Source of the DNA: a virus
Taxonomy: Duplodnaviria; Caudoviricetes
Virus record (IMG/VR): IMGVR_UViG_3300021400_000027
Span: 96,001-160,000 of that record
DNA length: 64,000 bases
Direction: 5' to 3' (one strand)
The number at the start of each line of letters is the position of its first letter. Positions within the stretch are counted from its first letter, which is position 1. A model generated the notes under the pieces. That model was given only the letters and a program-made list of their open reading frames with translations. It ran no database searches and had not been told where the DNA came from. Shown here one piece after another: positions 60,653-64,000 of this stretch. Both the position numbers and the translations under genes were made by a program.

Positions 60653-60919
60653 ATGAAGAAATTTCAAATCAATGTGAGAGGAGAGGAGAGAGGTCATCTT
60701 TTTGACAGCATTGGTCAGGCTTATCAGTGGACTTGCGAAAACGTAATGACAAAAGAAGATGCAGAATATTATAAGTCAATTGGAAATACAATTGAACTTC
60801 CTCAAATTCAAGACGAAAAAATTCAAGAATCCGTTTTAAGAAACGTGTTTGAAAAAATCTGCTTTTCCGGCTGGAATGATAGAGTAGATTTGAACTCTGA
60901 TTATTTTATTATTCATTAA
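60653..60919 (+). CDS. hypothetical protein
   Basis: RBS GGAGGT. Confidence 0.55.
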   Translation: MKKFQINVRGEERGHLFDSIGQAYQWTCENVMTKEDAEYYKSIGNTIELPQIQDEKIQESVLRNVFEKICFSGWNDRVDLNSDYFIIH

Positions 60920-60939
60920 ATTTTAGAAAGTAGAGGATT

Positions 60940-61320
60940 ATGCCAATGAGAGAAATTTTTGGACTTAGCGAAAAAAGAATTCAGCAACTTTTAACAGAGG
61001 ATATTCCAATTTCAAAACTTGCACAATTGGAAAAAGCGGAATTCCTTCTTGCTACATGGGGCATTGATGGCTATGCATTACTTTATTATATTGATAGCAC
61101 AAAAGACGAATATAAAGAAATGTACTTTGATACTTTTTTAACTAAGTGTAGACCTTGTGGCGGAGATTGGGGACAAATGTTCTTAACTGGAATTAAAGAA
61201 CTTTATCCAACTATTTACAATTTAATTCCTGATGATATGGGCTTGAATCCGTTTGCTAGTTTGTACGAATTATTGAGAGTTTTAGGCATTGAAAAGTGTT
61301 TAGAAGAAAGTGGCGAATAA
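60940..61320 (+). CDS. hypothetical protein
   Basis: RBS GAGG; CGGDWG motif. Confidence 0.55.
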   Translation: MPMREIFGLSEKRIQQLLTEDIPISKLAQLEKAEFLLATWGIDGYALLYYIDSTKDEYKEMYFDTFLTKCRPCGGDWGQMFLTGIKELYPTIYNLIPDDMGLNPFASLYELLRVLGIEKCLEESGE

Positions 61321-61361
61321 TCGCCACTTTTACTTTATTTAAGTTAGCAAAGACTAACTCT

Positions 61362-61467
61362 GCGCCCGGGCGGCACAAAAATGAACAAATTCAACATTAA
61401 AACTTTGTGCATTTTGCGAATAGACAAAAACTAAAAAGTGTGTTATAATATATAATGTAAGGTAAAG
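61362..61467 (+). promoter_or_regulatory. early-type promoter cassette, copy B
   Basis: Near copy of 60517-60624. Confidence 0.75.
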
Positions 61468-61496
61468 TACAATAGCACAGAAATTGAGGTATTTTT

Positions 61497-61802
61497 ATGA
61501 CAGTATATGAAAAGAATTTCTATAAGAAAACAAGTCAAGATTATGTTTCTCATGACTTTTATATCTATTTTATTCTTACTATGCCTCCGCTTTTATCTAA
61601 AGAGGACTATTTAAAAGAAATCAGTAGAAGTCAATTTTTTCTAAATAGTAATTCAATAAGAGTTCTTAAGCCAATGACGAAATATAAATTCTTAACAATC
61701 TCAACCACGCTTAACGATAAAAACTATTTAATTAAACATATTAACAATTGTAAAATTAAAATGAATACTTTAAAACAACGCAGTTGGAAAAAAGCTCCTT
61801 AA
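61497..61802 (+). CDS. hypothetical protein
   Basis: RBS GAGGT. Confidence 0.5.
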   Translation: MTVYEKNFYKKTSQDYVSHDFYIYFILTMPPLLSKEDYLKEISRSQFFLNSNSIRVLKPMTKYKFLTISTTLNDKNYLIKHINNCKIKMNTLKQRSWKKAP

Positions 61803-61910
61803 TGGGGCTTTCTTTGAATCTTAAAATTGTTGCGCCCGGGCGCAACAGAAGTTTACCTAGGAGAATACTAGGAATTAAAAAACTAAGAAAAGCCCCGAAG
61901 GGCTTTCTTG

Positions 61911-62315
61911 TCAATCATCAATTATAATTGCAGTACAGATTTTAATAATAGGATTTGCATTGTTGCTTGTTTGTTCTGCTAATGGCTTGTAAGCACTCTT
62001 TGAAAAGCGTGTTATTTTCATGAAATTATCTTCGAACCATTCATAAACGTCATCACAAGAAGCGAATTCAATATTATAACGTTCCTGAATATAGTCAACA
62101 AGATAATCCCAATCATCTTCATTGACAGAATAATATTCATCTCCTATTAAGGATATTGCTAAATCTCGATAAGCAAATTTTACCTTATTGTCATAATTCT
62201 TAATCATAAACTGATTGGTGATAGCTTTTTCAAGTTCATCATGGTCATAGAACTTTTGAGCGATAACTTTACCATTTTCAGGGATAACAATTGTAATTAT
62301 ATACATAGAATACAC
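61911..62315 (-). CDS. hypothetical protein (only credible minus-strand gene)
   Basis: Reverse-strand TTGACA/TATAAT/GTAAGGTAAAG promoter at about 62354-62400; hairpin terminator near 61886-61908. Confidence 0.7.
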   Translation of the reverse strand: MYSMYIITIVIPENGKVIAQKFYDHDELEKAITNQFMIKNYDNKVKFAYRDLAISLIGDEYYSVNEDDWDYLVDYIQERYNIEFASCDDVYEWFEDNFMKITRFSKSAYKPLAEQTSNNANPIIKICTAIIIDD

Positions 62316-62666
62316 ACTTTCTCATTTTATAGTCTTTGTTGACTTTTCTTTGTCTTTACCTTACAATAATATTATAGCATATTTATTTGAATTTGTCAAT
62401 AGTTTTTTTGAAAAAATTTTCGATTTGTTAGTTTGAACAAAATGATTAAACAAAAGTTAAATTCTTTTAGTAATTATACTGACCGCCCGGGCGGCTTATA
62501 CTCTCTGTATAATTACTCTCTGTATACTATTGTGCAACTTGCATAAAATTGTGGAGAAAATGTTGAAAATGTTTGTGCAAAATACCACTTGATTTTTTTT
62601 GTAGGATATGATATAATATATAATGTAAGGTAAAGAAAAACGCAATAGTCTAAGGAGGACTGCCCT

Positions 62667-63014
62667 ATGGGATTTATTGACCTTGATTCGATTCCGAAAC
62701 TCTCTGCACAAGAAAAAGCCGTTCGTGAGAAATTAGCTGACGTTATTTACAAGGCTATGGTTGCAGAATTTGGTGAAGAAAACGTTGTTTTCGTGCCTAA
62801 AGCAATCAATCCGGCAGGCGGTAGCAAAATCAATTCTCTTTCTGTATGCGTAAAAGTCGCTGACGTAACAGACCGTGACGGCTTTCCTGTAGATGCCGTT
62901 GGTGTAATTCAACCTATGTGCAAGCCTTGGAATACCGTGCTTGCAAAGAATCGCACTGAACCGACTCCTGCAATTTCCCTTTATGACATTCAAGAAGAAG
63001 TCGACAACCTCTAA
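62667..63014 (+). CDS. hypothetical protein
   Basis: Promoter cassette plus AAGGAGG. Confidence 0.65.
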   Translation: MGFIDLDSIPKLSAQEKAVREKLADVIYKAMVAEFGEENVVFVPKAINPAGGSKINSLSVCVKVADVTDRDGFPVDAVGVIQPMCKPWNTVLAKNRTEPTPAISLYDIQEEVDNL

Positions 63015-63271
63015 GAAAAATGGCGAGAAATCGCCATTTTTTTCTATCTATACAGACTGTAAAAGTGGCGAGAAATCGCCATTTATACAGATTGTAAAAC
63101 CCGCCCGGGCGGTTCGTCATTCTGCACAAAAGACGGGTTTCGGCAGAAAAAATTTTGTGCAAAACATAGAAACGCTTAAATACCTCTTGACAAAATTCAA
63201 ATTCTATGATATAATATATATACAAGGTAAGGGGAAAGCCCCAAAGAATAGAAAGTGAGAGGTTACACTAT

Positions 63272-64000
63272 ATGAGTACTATTATCAATGTAAGTAAGGA
63301 AAAAACAGCTATCAGCTTTCATTTAGATGATAAGCCGAATCCGGTCGTTATTGACTTTGTAAGTGGCACTATTATTTCATTTACTGGACGTTCTGTCAAG
63401 TATACACCTGCAAGACTGGTAAATGCAGGCGGTGGAATTTTTTACCGCACTCTGCTTGGAAAACTTATTGATTGTATAACTAACCGCCATGAACTGGAAA
63501 AAGAAAGCTGTCTGTCCTATATGGATTTAATCAATCCGGACACATATTATGATGATTTACCGTGTGAAATTCCTAAGGGATATATTAACTATCTCCGTGA
63601 AAACGGCTTGAATCTGAATCATAGAACCCTTAAAAATTTTAAGGATTATCAAGATTCTATGAAACTGCCGGAACAATATCGTGCTATTTACCAAAGAATG
63701 ACAAAAGCCCTGACACAATGGAGTTTTGATTGGCTCACAATAGATAAAAAGATTCTTGTCTGCAAAATCGCAAGAGTTACTGAAAAAGCTTGTAATTGGG
63801 AAATTAAAAATGATGCTTGTGACTTTCTGAATTATGTTTTTAATCACAATGAACTGGATTGGACTTCTATTGTAGATACTAATAGAGACTTTAGTTATAA
63901 TGTGAGATTGTTAAAATCTGCAAAAAGCAAAATGATTAGTGCAGGAATTGCAAAGACACAAGAAAAATTTAAATATCTTGAAAAGCTGGAAACAGAAGAA
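63272..64000 (+). CDS. hypothetical protein (3' partial)
   Basis: ATG 63272 after GAGG, open to window end, preceded by TTGACA/TATAAT. Confidence 0.65.
   Translation, partial: MSTIINVSKEKTAISFHLDDKPNPVVIDFVSGTIISFTGRSVKYTPARLVNAGGGIFYRTLLGKLIDCITNRHELEKESCLSYMDLINPDTYYDDLPCEIPKGYINYLRENGLNLNHRTLKNFKDYQDSMKLPEQYRAIYQRMTKALTQWSFDWLTIDKKILVCKIARVTEKACNWEIKNDACDFLNYVFNHNELDWTSIVDTNRDFSYNVRLLKSAKSKMISAGIAKTQEKFKYLEKLETEE

Overview
This 64-kb window is from a large, AT-rich tailed phage, probably infecting a gut Bacillota/Clostridia host (inferred). Nearly all genes are on the + strand. The phage reads TAG as Gln (genetic code 15): in-frame TAGs sit at conserved Gln positions of the lysins, and a Gln-type amber-suppressor tRNA(CTA) lies at 23883-23956. 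The supplied ORF track therefore fragments or misses many real genes. Layout: nucleotide/DNA metabolism (1-6.5 kb); fibre and lysis genes, mostly TAG-rich (6.5-13.7 kb); accessory and RNA-repair genes (14-23 kb); a cluster of about 25 tRNAs interleaved with ncRNAs and a Ro60/TROVE-like (DUF2828-type) vWA gene (23-31.4 kb); two RNA ligases, a kinase-like gene, tmRNA, two more tRNAs, Thg1-like, vWA/PurA-like genes and four beta-helix paralogs (33-55 kb); an iteron-type origin with a TAG-containing wHTH initiator-like gene (55.6-56.8 kb); a purine-skewed zone; and repeated early-type promoter cassettes (59.5-64 kb). The most striking signal is a family of 13 ncRNA elements around the Ro-like gene. 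They share a covarying terminal helix followed by C(A/G)GCA but carry different cargo. Four carry circularly permuted tRNAs, and three of these are opened at the same point (nt 28/29); others carry isolated anticodon-loop or T-loop mimics. This suggests a modular Ro/Y-like RNP or tRNA-decoy/permuted-tRNA system working with the phage RNA-repair enzymes. All calls were made by eye; no database searches or folding programs were run.
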